DNA of 64,000 bases, from the IMG/VR virus record IMGVR_UViG_3300042402_007133; one strand, written 5' to 3'. Numbering within the stretch: the first letter of the stretch is position 1; every line of letters begins with the position of its first letter. A program made the position numbers and the translations under genes. The notes beneath the pieces are model-generated. The model was not told the DNA's origin, made no database searches, and worked only from the letters and a program-made list of their open reading frames with translations. This document shows positions 39,767-48,798 of the stretch, piece after piece. The DNA is from an uncultured virus (IMG/VR IMGVR_UViG_3300042402_007133) (lineage: Duplodnaviria > Heunggongvirae > Uroviricota > Caudoviricetes).

Positions 39767-39795
39767 AAAGGGGACCAAAAGGTCCCCTTTTCTTT
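39767..39795 (+). terminator. Intrinsic terminator
   Basis: AAAGGGGACC-AAAA-GGTCCCCTTT-TCTTT. Confidence 0.85.
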
Positions 39796-39819
39796 GATAT
39801 ATAGCAGAAATAGGATCCT

Positions 39820-40515
39820 GTGGATTTCATAGATGACATAATAGATTGGTTTAAGGGGCTGTTTTCATCGGATGATGAGGTCAAAAACACCAAGGCAAAA
39901 AAATGGTCACCGCCTTACCAAAAGACTCCGTATGATTCAAGGACAATGCCAGACCTAAATGACATACCAGAGGATCTTGCAAAGTTTGCAGTCAGATGGT
40001 TTGTTTCCTCTGGAATGAGCATACAGGGCGCTGCTGCTACTGTGGCAAATCTTTGGAGGGAGAGCTATCTTAATCCATCGCAGCTCCAGATCATATCAGG
40101 AAAGCCAAAAGGTCCAGGCAGAGGGCTTGCTCAGTGGACTGATTCTACCTTGACAGGAAACAAGAAGGATGACGGGCTTCAAAGATGGGATCAATACAAG
40201 AACGATTTCTTCCCAATGCTAAAGAGGTCTAACAAGTTTTGGGACATCTATGGCATCGACGAAATAGAGCCACAACTGGCATACATCGTCTATGAGATGC
40301 GTGAGAAGTTTCCTGGCGTTTGGAGGAACATGACTTCACCAGGATCAGTATCCCAGAAGGCAATTAACGTCCTGACAAAGTATGAGATATCAAAGGATCG
40401 CAACGAAAAGGAAGAGCAGAACTTCAGGGCAAACCTGGCAGAGAAGATCTACAACATCGTAAAAAATGATAGTGCGCTGAAGGAACTTGTTGCAGCAAGA
40501 AAGGGGTCTAAATAA
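39820..40515 (+). CDS. Phage tail lysozyme-like muramidase
   Basis: GAAATVANLWRESYLNP, GRGLAQWT, QLAYIVYE, KYE; GATATATAG at 39796-39804. Confidence 0.8.
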   Translation: MDFIDDIIDWFKGLFSSDDEVKNTKAKKWSPPYQKTPYDSRTMPDLNDIPEDLAKFAVRWFVSSGMSIQGAAATVANLWRESYLNPSQLQIISGKPKGPGRGLAQWTDSTLTGNKKDDGLQRWDQYKNDFFPMLKRSNKFWDIYGIDEIEPQLAYIVYEMREKFPGVWRNMTSPGSVSQKAINVLTKYEISKDRNEKEEQNFRANLAEKIYNIVKNDSALKELVAARKGSK

Positions 40516-41540
40516 TGGCACTCGGATTCACAAAACAGTATGACACCTCAATATATGAGAAGGAACAATTCATAGAGATATGGCCTGAGATTTCAGAGAT
40601 AGGCCTTGAGATCTCTGAGGGTGTTCTTGATAAGATGGATGCAACATCTGTCATCACTCCAGGTTCAACAAATGATATTGTTGCATACCTAAAGGGCTGC
40701 ATATTCATGCTTGGCTTTTCAGACATTGATAAAGGAACAGATGTTGAGCTTTATGACCAGCATACTTCCGTTGCTGTAATCAAGACCAGGCTTGTGATGA
40801 AAGAAATGGGAATAGACGTTAAGCTTGTTGATGCAATAGATAGAGAGTTTGTTGAAGGACTTACAACGCTATTTCAAATATCAGATGAGTCACAGATATC
40901 AAAGCTCTGGGGCGTTCTAAAGGAAAACAAAGCAAAGGCACAACTTCCATCATCAATTGAGACTGTAGGAAAGCCTGAGGAAGATTATGCTCAAGGAGTA
41001 AAGAAGGCAAAGACAGATCCAAACGCATCATCTGATATAACGGCGCCAACATCATCGGTGATAAAGGGCCAACAGGTGAAGCCAGGATTTAACTTCCCAG
41101 TAGATTCTTCGATGGCAGATAAGTCCATACAGTACAGCCTTTCAAAGGATGGGCCAAAGCAGCTATCACCAAACTTCAAGGTATCTGATTTCAAATGCCG
41201 CGACGGATCAGATGTTGTGCTTATCAATCCATCATTGATTGACATGCTCGAAAAAATAAGAACACATTTTGGAAAGCCGGTTAAAATAGTATCTGCTTAC
41301 AGGACGCCAAACTACAACAAGATGCTAAAGGGTGCTGCAAAAAACTCACAGCACATGTATGGCAACGCAGCAGACATAAAGATAGATGGGGTTTCACCAA
41401 AGGAGATATACGATTGGCTGAATTCTTGGCACAAGGGAGGCCTTGGATTATACCCAACATTCACACACGTCGACGTTAGAAACACGGTCGGCAGGAGCCT
41501 TGCTAGATGGGGCGGGGCAAAGTCAACAGGAACTGCGTAA
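40515..41540 (+). CDS. Peptidase M15 (D-Ala-D-Ala zinc peptidase) domain protein
   Basis: LSPNFKVSDFKCRDG, SAYRT, SQHMYGNAADI, GLGLY, HVDVR. Confidence 0.88.
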   Translation: MALGFTKQYDTSIYEKEQFIEIWPEISEIGLEISEGVLDKMDATSVITPGSTNDIVAYLKGCIFMLGFSDIDKGTDVELYDQHTSVAVIKTRLVMKEMGIDVKLVDAIDREFVEGLTTLFQISDESQISKLWGVLKENKAKAQLPSSIETVGKPEEDYAQGVKKAKTDPNASSDITAPTSSVIKGQQVKPGFNFPVDSSMADKSIQYSLSKDGPKQLSPNFKVSDFKCRDGSDVVLINPSLIDMLEKIRTHFGKPVKIVSAYRTPNYNKMLKGAAKNSQHMYGNAADIKIDGVSPKEIYDWLNSWHKGGLGLYPTFTHVDVRNTVGRSLARWGGAKSTGTA

Positions 41541-41589
41541 CATAAGTAATCATTTTTAGTATAAACAAAGACAAAATCTAAGGAGAAGT

Positions 41590-41994
41590 ATGACAAAAGT
41601 CTTATTTTTGGTCCTATTCATGGGATCAGTGGTTTGTGGTGCGACCAACTTCCCTAGCCATATCGGCATGGGATCAAAGGCATCAACGGTAGGAAAGATA
41701 TCATCCTACTCGCGCGTAGGCAATGGCCTTTGGACAGGATATTGGAGGCCAAACAACTTCACAGTTTCTGTGAATGAGGAGGTAGTAGCAGGTCCTGCCG
41801 CAAAGGTATGGCCAAACCCATCAAATGGCATGTTCAACATTGAGCATGTTGGAAGCATCAAAGTGTTTTCACAGGTCGGAGCTCTTATGTTCCAGGGTGA
41901 AATTGATGGAACATTTGATATATCAGACGCTCCATCTGGAGTATACTTTGTAATAACACAAGACGGAAAAACAATCAAAATTATCAAACAATAA
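41590..41994 (+). CDS. Small secreted protein with T9SS type-A C-terminal sorting domain
   Basis: Signal peptide; KVWPNPSNGMFNI, DISDAPSGVYFV, KIIKQ. Confidence 0.8.
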   Translation: MTKVLFLVLFMGSVVCGATNFPSHIGMGSKASTVGKISSYSRVGNGLWTGYWRPNNFTVSVNEEVVAGPAAKVWPNPSNGMFNIEHVGSIKVFSQVGALMFQGEIDGTFDISDAPSGVYFVITQDGKTIKIIKQ

Positions 41995-42006
41995 GGAGAA
42001 CGGTTA

Positions 42007-43173
42007 ATGAAGAAAGTCTTACTTGCAATAATTGCAACACTGTTTACGGTTGCAACAAATGCACAAAACATCGATTTTACCTACCAAGGTTGGTCAGGTC
42101 AAAGTGGAAAGAACAATCTCAGTCTTTACATCGCGCGCGATGGTTTCAAGCTGGGTTCTGCATTCAATGATCAAAACTACCCAGTGTGGTATGTTGAGAA
42201 TCAAGAGGTTGAAATTGTCAATGGCGTTGTGAACTATCGTCTGAAGAACGTCAGTCTCGACTCACTTGTTAAGTATCGTGGAGATCTCTATCTCTATGTT
42301 GCAATAAATGGAACACCGCATGATACAATCATCATGGATCCTGCACCATATGCTGGAACGGCGATTGCCGCAACAAGGGCAAACACAGCAAAGCTTGCAG
42401 ACTTTGCAACAGATGCAGCACACTCAGCAAAGTCTGACACTGCAACATTTGCATTGAATGCACAGAATGCAGTGAATGCAACAAATGCGGTGAATGCACA
42501 GGAAGCTGCACATGCTCTAAAGGCAGATAGCGCATTGCATTCAAAGGAATCAGATCATGCTGTTAGAAGCGATGTGTCTCTCTATGCATCAAGCTCAGCA
42601 CATGCAGTTTGGGCTGACAGTGCAAAGTATGCCATCAATGCTTCTCGTGCAACACTTGCAGACCGTGCAACACTTGCCGACTCTGCAGTAAAGGCATCAC
42701 ACGCAGTGAATGCAACAAATGCAGTGAATGCAACAAATGCAGTGAATGCAACAAGGGCAGACAGTGCCAATGTTTCAGCAAACACACACTTTGTGTATGC
42801 AAACGGTGTTAACCTTGCAGCAATTGCAGCAACAGGTGCAGAAAACAATGCAACACTCATAACAAATGGAACATCACTCCAATGGAGAAGCTCAACAAGA
42901 ATTGAAGGAAGAACACAGCTCACACTTGTTCCTCTTGTAGCTGTTGATGCTGATGTCAGAACAGTGATCTATCGTGTTGCACAGGACATCAATATCCCAC
43001 TTCCAGCTGCAGCAGAAGGTCGAATCATCACAATTGTTAACAGTTCAACTGCAAACTTCCTATCAATCCAGGCAGGCATCTGGAACATTTGGGGCGGCGA
43101 TGTGGTCATTGGACCAAGAAACAGTGCAACATTGCTGTACACAAATGCCCAGTGGGTTATCATAGCACAGTAA
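42007..43173 (+). CDS. Secreted fibre/adhesin-like protein with Ala-rich AxxA repeats
   Basis: Signal peptide; YQG...NGVVNY...APYA N-terminal module; long AxxAxxA repeat stalk; beta-rich C-terminal domain. Confidence 0.7.
   Translation: MKKVLLAIIATLFTVATNAQNIDFTYQGWSGQSGKNNLSLYIARDGFKLGSAFNDQNYPVWYVENQEVEIVNGVVNYRLKNVSLDSLVKYRGDLYLYVAINGTPHDTIIMDPAPYAGTAIAATRANTAKLADFATDAAHSAKSDTATFALNAQNAVNATNAVNAQEAAHALKADSALHSKESDHAVRSDVSLYASSSAHAVWADSAKYAINASRATLADRATLADSAVKASHAVNATNAVNATNAVNATRADSANVSANTHFVYANGVNLAAIAATGAENNATLITNGTSLQWRSSTRIEGRTQLTLVPLVAVDADVRTVIYRVAQDINIPLPAAAEGRIITIVNSSTANFLSIQAGIWNIWGGDVVIGPRNSATLLYTNAQWVIIAQ
42703..42754 (+). repeat. In-frame 18-bp tandem repeat, about 3 copies (GCAGTGAATGCAACAAAT, AVNATN)
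   Basis: Directly visible; related copies near 42469-42498. Confidence 0.9.
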
Positions 43174-43178
43174 TAACA

Positions 43179-43322
43179 TTGGCGGGTCGCTACCGCAAGT
43201 AGTCTGCTAAGCCTATGGAAGCAATGCTTCTATGCTCAAAACTAGAGTGTGACTGCTAGGGATTGGGGGATATGTACCATCAATCAAGAACCGAGGGGTT
43301 ATTTTTCCTCTCGGTTCTTTTA
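43179..43322 (+). ncRNA. Candidate structured RNA: four hairpins plus terminator
   Basis: Consecutive inverted repeats fill the intergenic region; last is AAGAACCGAG...CTCGGTTCTTT. Confidence 0.4.
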
Positions 43323-43339
43323 TTTTTAATACATATGCA

Positions 43340-43615
43340 ATGAGAGCAGAAGATATTTTCTACCCAGACTATGACATGGAAGTAGAAAGGGCACTTGATG
43401 TGTTCTATGGAAAGCATGAGAGCAGTGAGTCTGATTTTATCGATTCGTGTCAAATTCTGGTTGACTCTGGTGTTTGGCTCATGGACAAGAACATTGGTGA
43501 AACCTGCTTGTTTCTTTTAGAGAATGGTTATCTTCTCCTTCCAGAGTATGATCAGATATCTCCAGATGGAGAATTCATGATATCAGGAACCCCAAGAAAA
43601 AATGTTTTTAACTAA
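43340..43615 (+). CDS. Acidic hypothetical protein
   Basis: 91-aa ORF in co-oriented gene array. Confidence 0.6.
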   Translation: MRAEDIFYPDYDMEVERALDVFYGKHESSESDFIDSCQILVDSGVWLMDKNIGETCLFLLENGYLLLPEYDQISPDGEFMISGTPRKNVFN

Positions 43616-43664
43616 CGTGGTTATTTCTTATTTTCGTAATCTCCTAAAAATAAGAAAGAGGCCA

Positions 43665-44360
43665 ATGATAGTTGCAATAGGTGATGTTCATGGGAAATTT
43701 GCACAGCTCACAGACAAAATAGAGTTCCTTAAACTTGAAAAAAACGTAAACTTTGTTCAGGTAGGAGACTTTGGTTTAGGGTTTGATAGCCCTCTTAGAG
43801 AGATTAAAAAGATGAAAGAGCTTGACCTTCTACTTCAGAGAATGGAATCAAAGATCTGGGTGATAAGAGGAAACCATGATAACCCAATGCTATGGCACCC
43901 AGATTTCTGCTACAAGCTAGATAACATAATTTTTGTCCAAGATAACACATTTGTTGATATAGAAGGGAAGAACTGCTTCTTTGCAGGAGGAGCAATATCA
44001 ATAGATAGAATAAACAGGAAGAAAGGCGCAACGTATTGGCCGCAGGAGCCATACAAGTGGAATGAGCCAACAGAAGTTCCAAGTAGAGTTGATCACGTCT
44101 TTACACATGATGTGTACCATCATTGTTCACCATTTACAATAGAATCTTCAATAACAAACAGGTGGATGTCGTACGATGGCCTTCTGAGGGATGACCTCAT
44201 AAACAGTCAAAAAGAGATGAAGACAATGCATGAATTCATTGCTTCAATAAATGATGATTTTTCCTGGCACCATGGGCACTACCATGAATCGCACTTTACA
44301 TCAATTGGAAGACAAAAGACATACTGCCTGTCAGAACTAGAATTCAAAGAAGTGATATAA
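43665..44360 (+). CDS. Calcineurin-like metallophosphoesterase
   Basis: GDVHG, QVGDFG, RGNHD, TH, HGHYH; start set at ATG 43665. Confidence 0.9.
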   Translation: MIVAIGDVHGKFAQLTDKIEFLKLEKNVNFVQVGDFGLGFDSPLREIKKMKELDLLLQRMESKIWVIRGNHDNPMLWHPDFCYKLDNIIFVQDNTFVDIEGKNCFFAGGAISIDRINRKKGATYWPQEPYKWNEPTEVPSRVDHVFTHDVYHHCSPFTIESSITNRWMSYDGLLRDDLINSQKEMKTMHEFIASINDDFSWHHGHYHESHFTSIGRQKTYCLSELEFKEVI

Positions 44361-44384
44361 CAAGCACACATAAAGGAGCAAAAG

Positions 44385-44651
44385 ATGGTAAAAGTTAAGA
44401 GGTTCACAGCAAACTGGTGCTCGCCATGTAGGGCACTTGCGCCGATAATTGAAGAGATAAAGCAGGAGTACACTGATGTTGAGTTTGAGACAATAGACAT
44501 TGATGAAAATCCAGAATTAGTCTCTGAACACGGGATACGTGGCATCCCAGTTGTTATCGTACAAAACAATGGAGTAGAAACAAGTAGATTTGTTGGTATA
44601 CAACCAAAAACAGTTTATGAGTCAGCAATAAACAGCCAAAGGAGCAATTGA
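44385..44651 (+). CDS. Thioredoxin
   Basis: WCSPC, IRGIP; AAGGAG RBS. Confidence 0.92.
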   Translation: MVKVKRFTANWCSPCRALAPIIEEIKQEYTDVEFETIDIDENPELVSEHGIRGIPVVIVQNNGVETSRFVGIQPKTVYESAINSQRSN

Positions 44652-44652
44652 T

Positions 44653-44856
44653 ATGTTGAATGGAAAGAATTGGTGGACAGATCCATCTGTTAAGTATGAC
44701 TACACAGAAGACTTTAATAAGAGAACAGAAGAGGCAGCCAAAGTTGTTTGGGATGATTGGTTTGGATCTGATCTTAATGATGGTGTAACAGGTCTTAGCC
44801 ATTTTGTCGATGCAGTTAAAGAGGTTATACATATAATGAACAAGCCCACTGCATAA
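44653..44856 (+). CDS. Hypothetical protein
   Basis: 67 aa, tightly packed. Confidence 0.5.
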   Translation: MLNGKNWWTDPSVKYDYTEDFNKRTEEAAKVVWDDWFGSDLNDGVTGLSHFVDAVKEVIHIMNKPTA

Positions 44857-45096
44857 ATGGAACCTGGCAGCTCCATATGGGACCTTCCATTAGTGGTTCT
44901 CGTCTTCTGTCTAGGAGGAACGCTGTTATCCCTAATGGTTGGTCTTTGGACAGCAGGAATTTTTTTAATAGGAATCATAAAAGGAACATCAGAAAGGCTT
45001 ATTGAAAAACATGGTAAAGCTAGTATCAATAACTCAACCTGTTTTAGAAGACTTGTCCGGATTCAGTCCGGAGGAAGTAATAGTTTACATCGCTAG
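44857..45096 (+). CDS. Small membrane protein
   Basis: Hydrophobic N-terminal half; 3' end overlaps thyX by 86 nt. Confidence 0.4.
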   Translation: MEPGSSIWDLPLVVLVFCLGGTLLSLMVGLWTAGIFLIGIIKGTSERLIEKHGKASINNSTCFRRLVRIQSGGSNSLHR

Positions 45097-45655
45097 GGTT
45101 AGCAATCCATCAAATCAATTGAACCGTGAGACTGTGCCAAGGCTTCTATCATACCTCATAAAGCACAAGCATTGGTCTCCATTTGAGTTTGTTGACATGA
45201 CTGTAGAGATCACGACAAGAAGGAGCATCGCTGCACAGATACTTAGGCACTGGAGCTTCTCGTTCCAGGAGTTCAGCCAAAGGTACTCAACTGCAACAAA
45301 GCTTCAGAAGATTGAACTGAGAAAGCAAGCAGACAAGAACAGGCAGAGCAGCGCAGAGTTGTTGAATGATGAACAGCTAGAGCTTCTTGTCGAAAATGCG
45401 CAACTGTTCTCTACGGAAGTTTACAACAAACTGTTGGAGGCTGGTGTTGCACGAGAAGTTGCACGTGATGTGCTCCCTCTCTCAACAGAGACGACGATGT
45501 ACATGAAGGGCAGCGTCAGGGATTGGATCCACTACCTTGAGCTAAGAACGCTAGAAGATACACAGAAGGAACACAGAGATATAGCAAACGCAATAATGGA
45601 ACTGTTCAAGGAGAACTTTCCAAGCATTCACAAGGCATTAAACCAACATTCATAA
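45011..45655 (+). CDS. thyX: FAD-dependent thymidylate synthase
   Basis: ARVSNP, HWSPFE, RHWSFSFQEFSQRY, EVARDVLP, TQKEHR. Confidence 0.95.
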   Translation: MVKLVSITQPVLEDLSGFSPEEVIVYIARVSNPSNQLNRETVPRLLSYLIKHKHWSPFEFVDMTVEITTRRSIAAQILRHWSFSFQEFSQRYSTATKLQKIELRKQADKNRQSSAELLNDEQLELLVENAQLFSTEVYNKLLEAGVAREVARDVLPLSTETTMYMKGSVRDWIHYLELRTLEDTQKEHRDIANAIMELFKENFPSIHKALNQHS

Positions 45656-45666
45656 AGGAAGAATAC

Positions 45667-45903
45667 ATGCAGTACTACGTAGCAAAGGTCAAGTTTGTGA
45701 CCACTGATGACAATGGTAAGGTAAGGAAGAGCTCAAGAGAATATCTTGTTGAGGCAGTTTCAATTGGAGATGCAGAAGTCATCGTCCATAAGAACCTTGC
45801 ATCTCTTGCACCAGAAGATTTTGAGATAAGCGCAATCAGCGAGTCAAAGATTGCAGACATTTTCACAAAGGATGTTCCAACAAAGGATGAGGATCTGTAC
45901 TAA
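45667..45903 (+). CDS. DUF4494-like protein
   Basis: YVAKVKF...NGKVRK..EYLVEAVSIGDAE...SKIADIF. Confidence 0.7.
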   Translation: MQYYVAKVKFVTTDDNGKVRKSSREYLVEAVSIGDAEVIVHKNLASLAPEDFEISAISESKIADIFTKDVPTKDEDLY

Positions 45904-46094
45904 TGGAAGCATACATCATCATTACACTGGGCGCAATATTTTCAGCAGCGTCTGGCTATGTCACGTGGCTATCATGGAAAGATGCAAGGATGGCATTCAA
46001 TCTCATTGCAAAGCTTGACTCAAAGATATACGGACTTGAAAAAGAAGTAGAGATGCTGAAGGAAGATAACAAGGAACAAATCCTCAAGTCATGA
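45903..46094 (+). CDS. Small protein with one TM helix and coiled coil
   Basis: Translationally coupled on both sides. Confidence 0.55.
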   Translation: MEAYIIITLGAIFSAASGYVTWLSWKDARMAFNLIAKLDSKIYGLEKEVEMLKEDNKEQILKS

Positions 46095-46783
46095 TAAACT
46101 CACCAAGGATATTCTACCATGCATTCCTCTGGAGTGAGTGGAAGCTTTTGGTACAAAACCAGATGCTAAGGCTTCACACCTCTGGGCTGCTAGATAAGAT
46201 GTCCATGATGATGATAGGTGTCTCTGCATTCAATGACGAGGACTACTCTTGGTTCAGGGATCTCTGGTCCGGCTTTACAAATGTCATTGTCCAAAGAACT
46301 CCGCATGAGCTGATGCCAAGAGAGGAACGCCCAACTCTGATGCTACTAAAGGAATGGTGTGATTCCTCAAAAGAAGACACACCAGTACTTTACTTTCATA
46401 CGAAGGGTCTCTCAAGGACTGGATACAATGTAGAGCTTTGGCGGCTCTACATGGAATACAATAACATTGATAGATGGAGGTACGCTGTTTCTGCTCTTAA
46501 CAACGGATGGGACACTTACGGTGTCAACCTGAGGGACGACACAGAAAAGCTCTTTGGGGCAAGGTACCTCCACTACAGTGGAAACTTTTGGTGGGCAAGA
46601 TCATTTTATGTGAAGGGTCTGGGTAAAACCCTCCTGACAGGAGCAAACAGATGGGAGGGGGAATTTTGGATCGGATCAAATGGAAGTAGAGACAGGATGT
46701 TCAATGCATTTGAATCTGATGTCGATCACTACGATGAAGAGTACAAGCTGAACAGATTCATAAAACCTGCAACAAAATTCTGA
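46091..46783 (+). CDS. Putative glycosyltransferase-like protein
   Basis: VLYFHTKG, HYSGNFWWA, EFWIG motifs recalled from glycan-locus proteins; function uncertain. Confidence 0.5.
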   Translation: MINSPRIFYHAFLWSEWKLLVQNQMLRLHTSGLLDKMSMMMIGVSAFNDEDYSWFRDLWSGFTNVIVQRTPHELMPREERPTLMLLKEWCDSSKEDTPVLYFHTKGLSRTGYNVELWRLYMEYNNIDRWRYAVSALNNGWDTYGVNLRDDTEKLFGARYLHYSGNFWWARSFYVKGLGKTLLTGANRWEGEFWIGSNGSRDRMFNAFESDVDHYDEEYKLNRFIKPATKF

Positions 46784-46784
46784 T

Positions 46785-47000
46785 ATGTACAAATACGTTT
46801 CTGTTGGTGAGAGAAAGTTCAAGGTAGTAAGAACCTGCAGAGAAGAATTCACATCAGAAGAGGTCAAGGAGTGCATAAAGCATAACAATCCTCTGATAGA
46901 TGTTGTCCTTAGCGATGGAAGAGGAAACCTACTCTTCTGCCATGAGACAAGGGATGTACAGTTCAGAGATCTTGTGCCAGATGACCAACCATCTGAATAA
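46785..47000 (+). CDS. Hypothetical protein
   Basis: 71 aa, tightly packed. Confidence 0.55.
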   Translation: MYKYVSVGERKFKVVRTCREEFTSEEVKECIKHNNPLIDVVLSDGRGNLLFCHETRDVQFRDLVPDDQPSE

Positions 47001-47077
47001 ATGTTTTTTTATCAATGTGGACTTTCATATATTTGTTCACATTGCTTCTAACATTTCATCAATACCCGGAGCGTTTT

Positions 47078-48199
47078 ATGTCAACGATGACCAAGAGTGA
47101 AGTTCTACAAGAGCTTGAGTCAAGCCGCAAAGATTGGCTCAAGGATGATTCATACACCGTGCATTCAATAGATTCAGTGGCTCTAGCAGACTCTGGGATC
47201 TATGTTGATAACATGCCCATGAACGAAAAGGCAATATCAAAGATGCTTTATCGGATGCAGCTGACAAACAAGTTCATCGACTACAAGAATCAGGTTGATT
47301 CTGTTGACTTTAAGACTGTGTTTGACAACATCGTTAGATGGAACCAAGGCAAGCAGATAATAACAAGGTCCAATGGAACAACAGTCTCTGATGTGTTCTT
47401 CTACAGAGGAGAAGAGGGATTCAATCCACAAAATCGCCTTGAACTTATCATTGATGGCGTCCATGGAAAGCTCAGCGAGATGTCAGATGATATTGAGATC
47501 CACAAGTTTGAGATGGATCTTTCAAGGAAGAACATCAAGTTTTCAACAGTTGATCCAACAACAAAGTTCAATGCAATTGGAAGTGATGAATGGGTGCTTG
47601 GATCAATCCTCAGCATTGGTCTAACAGAAGCATTTGCTTCTCCATACTACGGGCGTCTCATTTGCACAAATGGAATGGTCGATGGGATAAAGATGCGAAA
47701 GACATCGATTTCTGGAAAGGGATACACAGAGTCTGCAATATCCCAGATGATATCAAAGGGTGTGAACCTTAAGAAGCTTGTAGGCGATCACATCAAGGAA
47801 GTATCATCTGCTGCAACAGGATGCGATGCAAGCCTTTCAGAATATCTGAGCTTCAGGAAGATCATGTCAGAAGGACTGACTGATGAACAAAAACACCTCT
47901 CTGATATGCTCTTTCCATTGGACCACATTGAAGATGCATACGGCGGAAAGGAAGTCTTTGACCAAAATGATCAATGGAAGAGCACTGCAAAGTCGGGTGC
48001 AACAGTGTATGAGCTGCTCAATGACATCACAAAGTGGACGACACATGACAAGACAGTGAATAACCAGACGATGAAGGACCGTCTCAACGAGAAGGCATCA
48101 ACCTGGTTCATCAAGGGCAAATGGCACAATCGCAATGTTGCTCCAAATGTTAGCGTCCGACGTGCTCCAAGATTCAATGATTCTGTAGCGGTATTATGA
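47078..48199 (+). CDS. DUF932-like protein
   Basis: YYGRLICTNGMV and TVYELLNDIT; start set at ATG 47078 (GGAG upstream). Confidence 0.65.
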   Translation: MSTMTKSEVLQELESSRKDWLKDDSYTVHSIDSVALADSGIYVDNMPMNEKAISKMLYRMQLTNKFIDYKNQVDSVDFKTVFDNIVRWNQGKQIITRSNGTTVSDVFFYRGEEGFNPQNRLELIIDGVHGKLSEMSDDIEIHKFEMDLSRKNIKFSTVDPTTKFNAIGSDEWVLGSILSIGLTEAFASPYYGRLICTNGMVDGIKMRKTSISGKGYTESAISQMISKGVNLKKLVGDHIKEVSSAATGCDASLSEYLSFRKIMSEGLTDEQKHLSDMLFPLDHIEDAYGGKEVFDQNDQWKSTAKSGATVYELLNDITKWTTHDKTVNNQTMKDRLNEKASTWFIKGKWHNRNVAPNVSVRRAPRFNDSVAVL

Positions 48200-48480
48200 A
48201 AAGCCAAGAGAAGATAGACGAATTCATGGATCATGCATTGGACATGATGTTTAAAGCTGTTGGATTTGATTGCTTTGATGAAGAGTTCACCAAGCAGCCT
48301 GATTGGTATACCAAGAGGGAATGGTCAAAAGAGCAACAGGATGAATTCAGAGATTGGCTCATATCAGAATGCAGGACCAAGCTAAGGATGAGGAAGAAGC
48401 AGGCAGAAGTGGAGGCCGGCTTCTTCCTCCTCTCCTGGGGTTGGAAGACCAAGACCCTAGAATGCATCACAGCTGACTGA
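48196..48480 (+). CDS. Hypothetical protein
   Basis: 94 aa, ATGA-coupled. Confidence 0.6.
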   Translation: MKSQEKIDEFMDHALDMMFKAVGFDCFDEEFTKQPDWYTKREWSKEQQDEFRDWLISECRTKLRMRKKQAEVEAGFFLLSWGWKTKTLECITAD

Positions 48481-48500
48481 TATATAAAAGAAAAGTCACA

Positions 48501-48797
48501 ATGAGGAACATTAAATCTTACAGCGTGTTTGAGATGAACGATGATGATGAAAACATGTCAAACGACGTTTATCGTCTTACTGAGATCCTTGAAGAAATTG
48601 AGAATCTCATGAGCGAAGCAAATGACATAGTTAGATCAGTTTCTGATGACGTAGATCCAATAATCTATGATCGCTGGAGGCTTTATCCATACAACAACAT
48701 CATGTCAATGCTTTCAGCTGGAAGCAGGTATGATACATCATTCTCTGACATAATATCAGACATTGAAAAAGCAATGTCTGACGAAGAGGAGGATTGA
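48501..48797 (+). CDS. Acidic hypothetical protein, putative head-internal protein
   Basis: Begins MRNIKSYSVFE; GATATATAA at 48479-48487. Confidence 0.6.
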   Translation: MRNIKSYSVFEMNDDDENMSNDVYRLTEILEEIENLMSEANDIVRSVSDDVDPIIYDRWRLYPYNNIMSMLSAGSRYDTSFSDIISDIEKAMSDEEED

Positions 48798-48798
48798 T

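Noticed and set aside
39402..39797. 131-aa ORF overlapping rpsU
   Set aside because: Alternative frame of the bS21 gene, which has the SD and family motifs
42469..42754. Tandem repeats as a CRISPR-like array
   Set aside because: In-frame coding repeats without unique spacers
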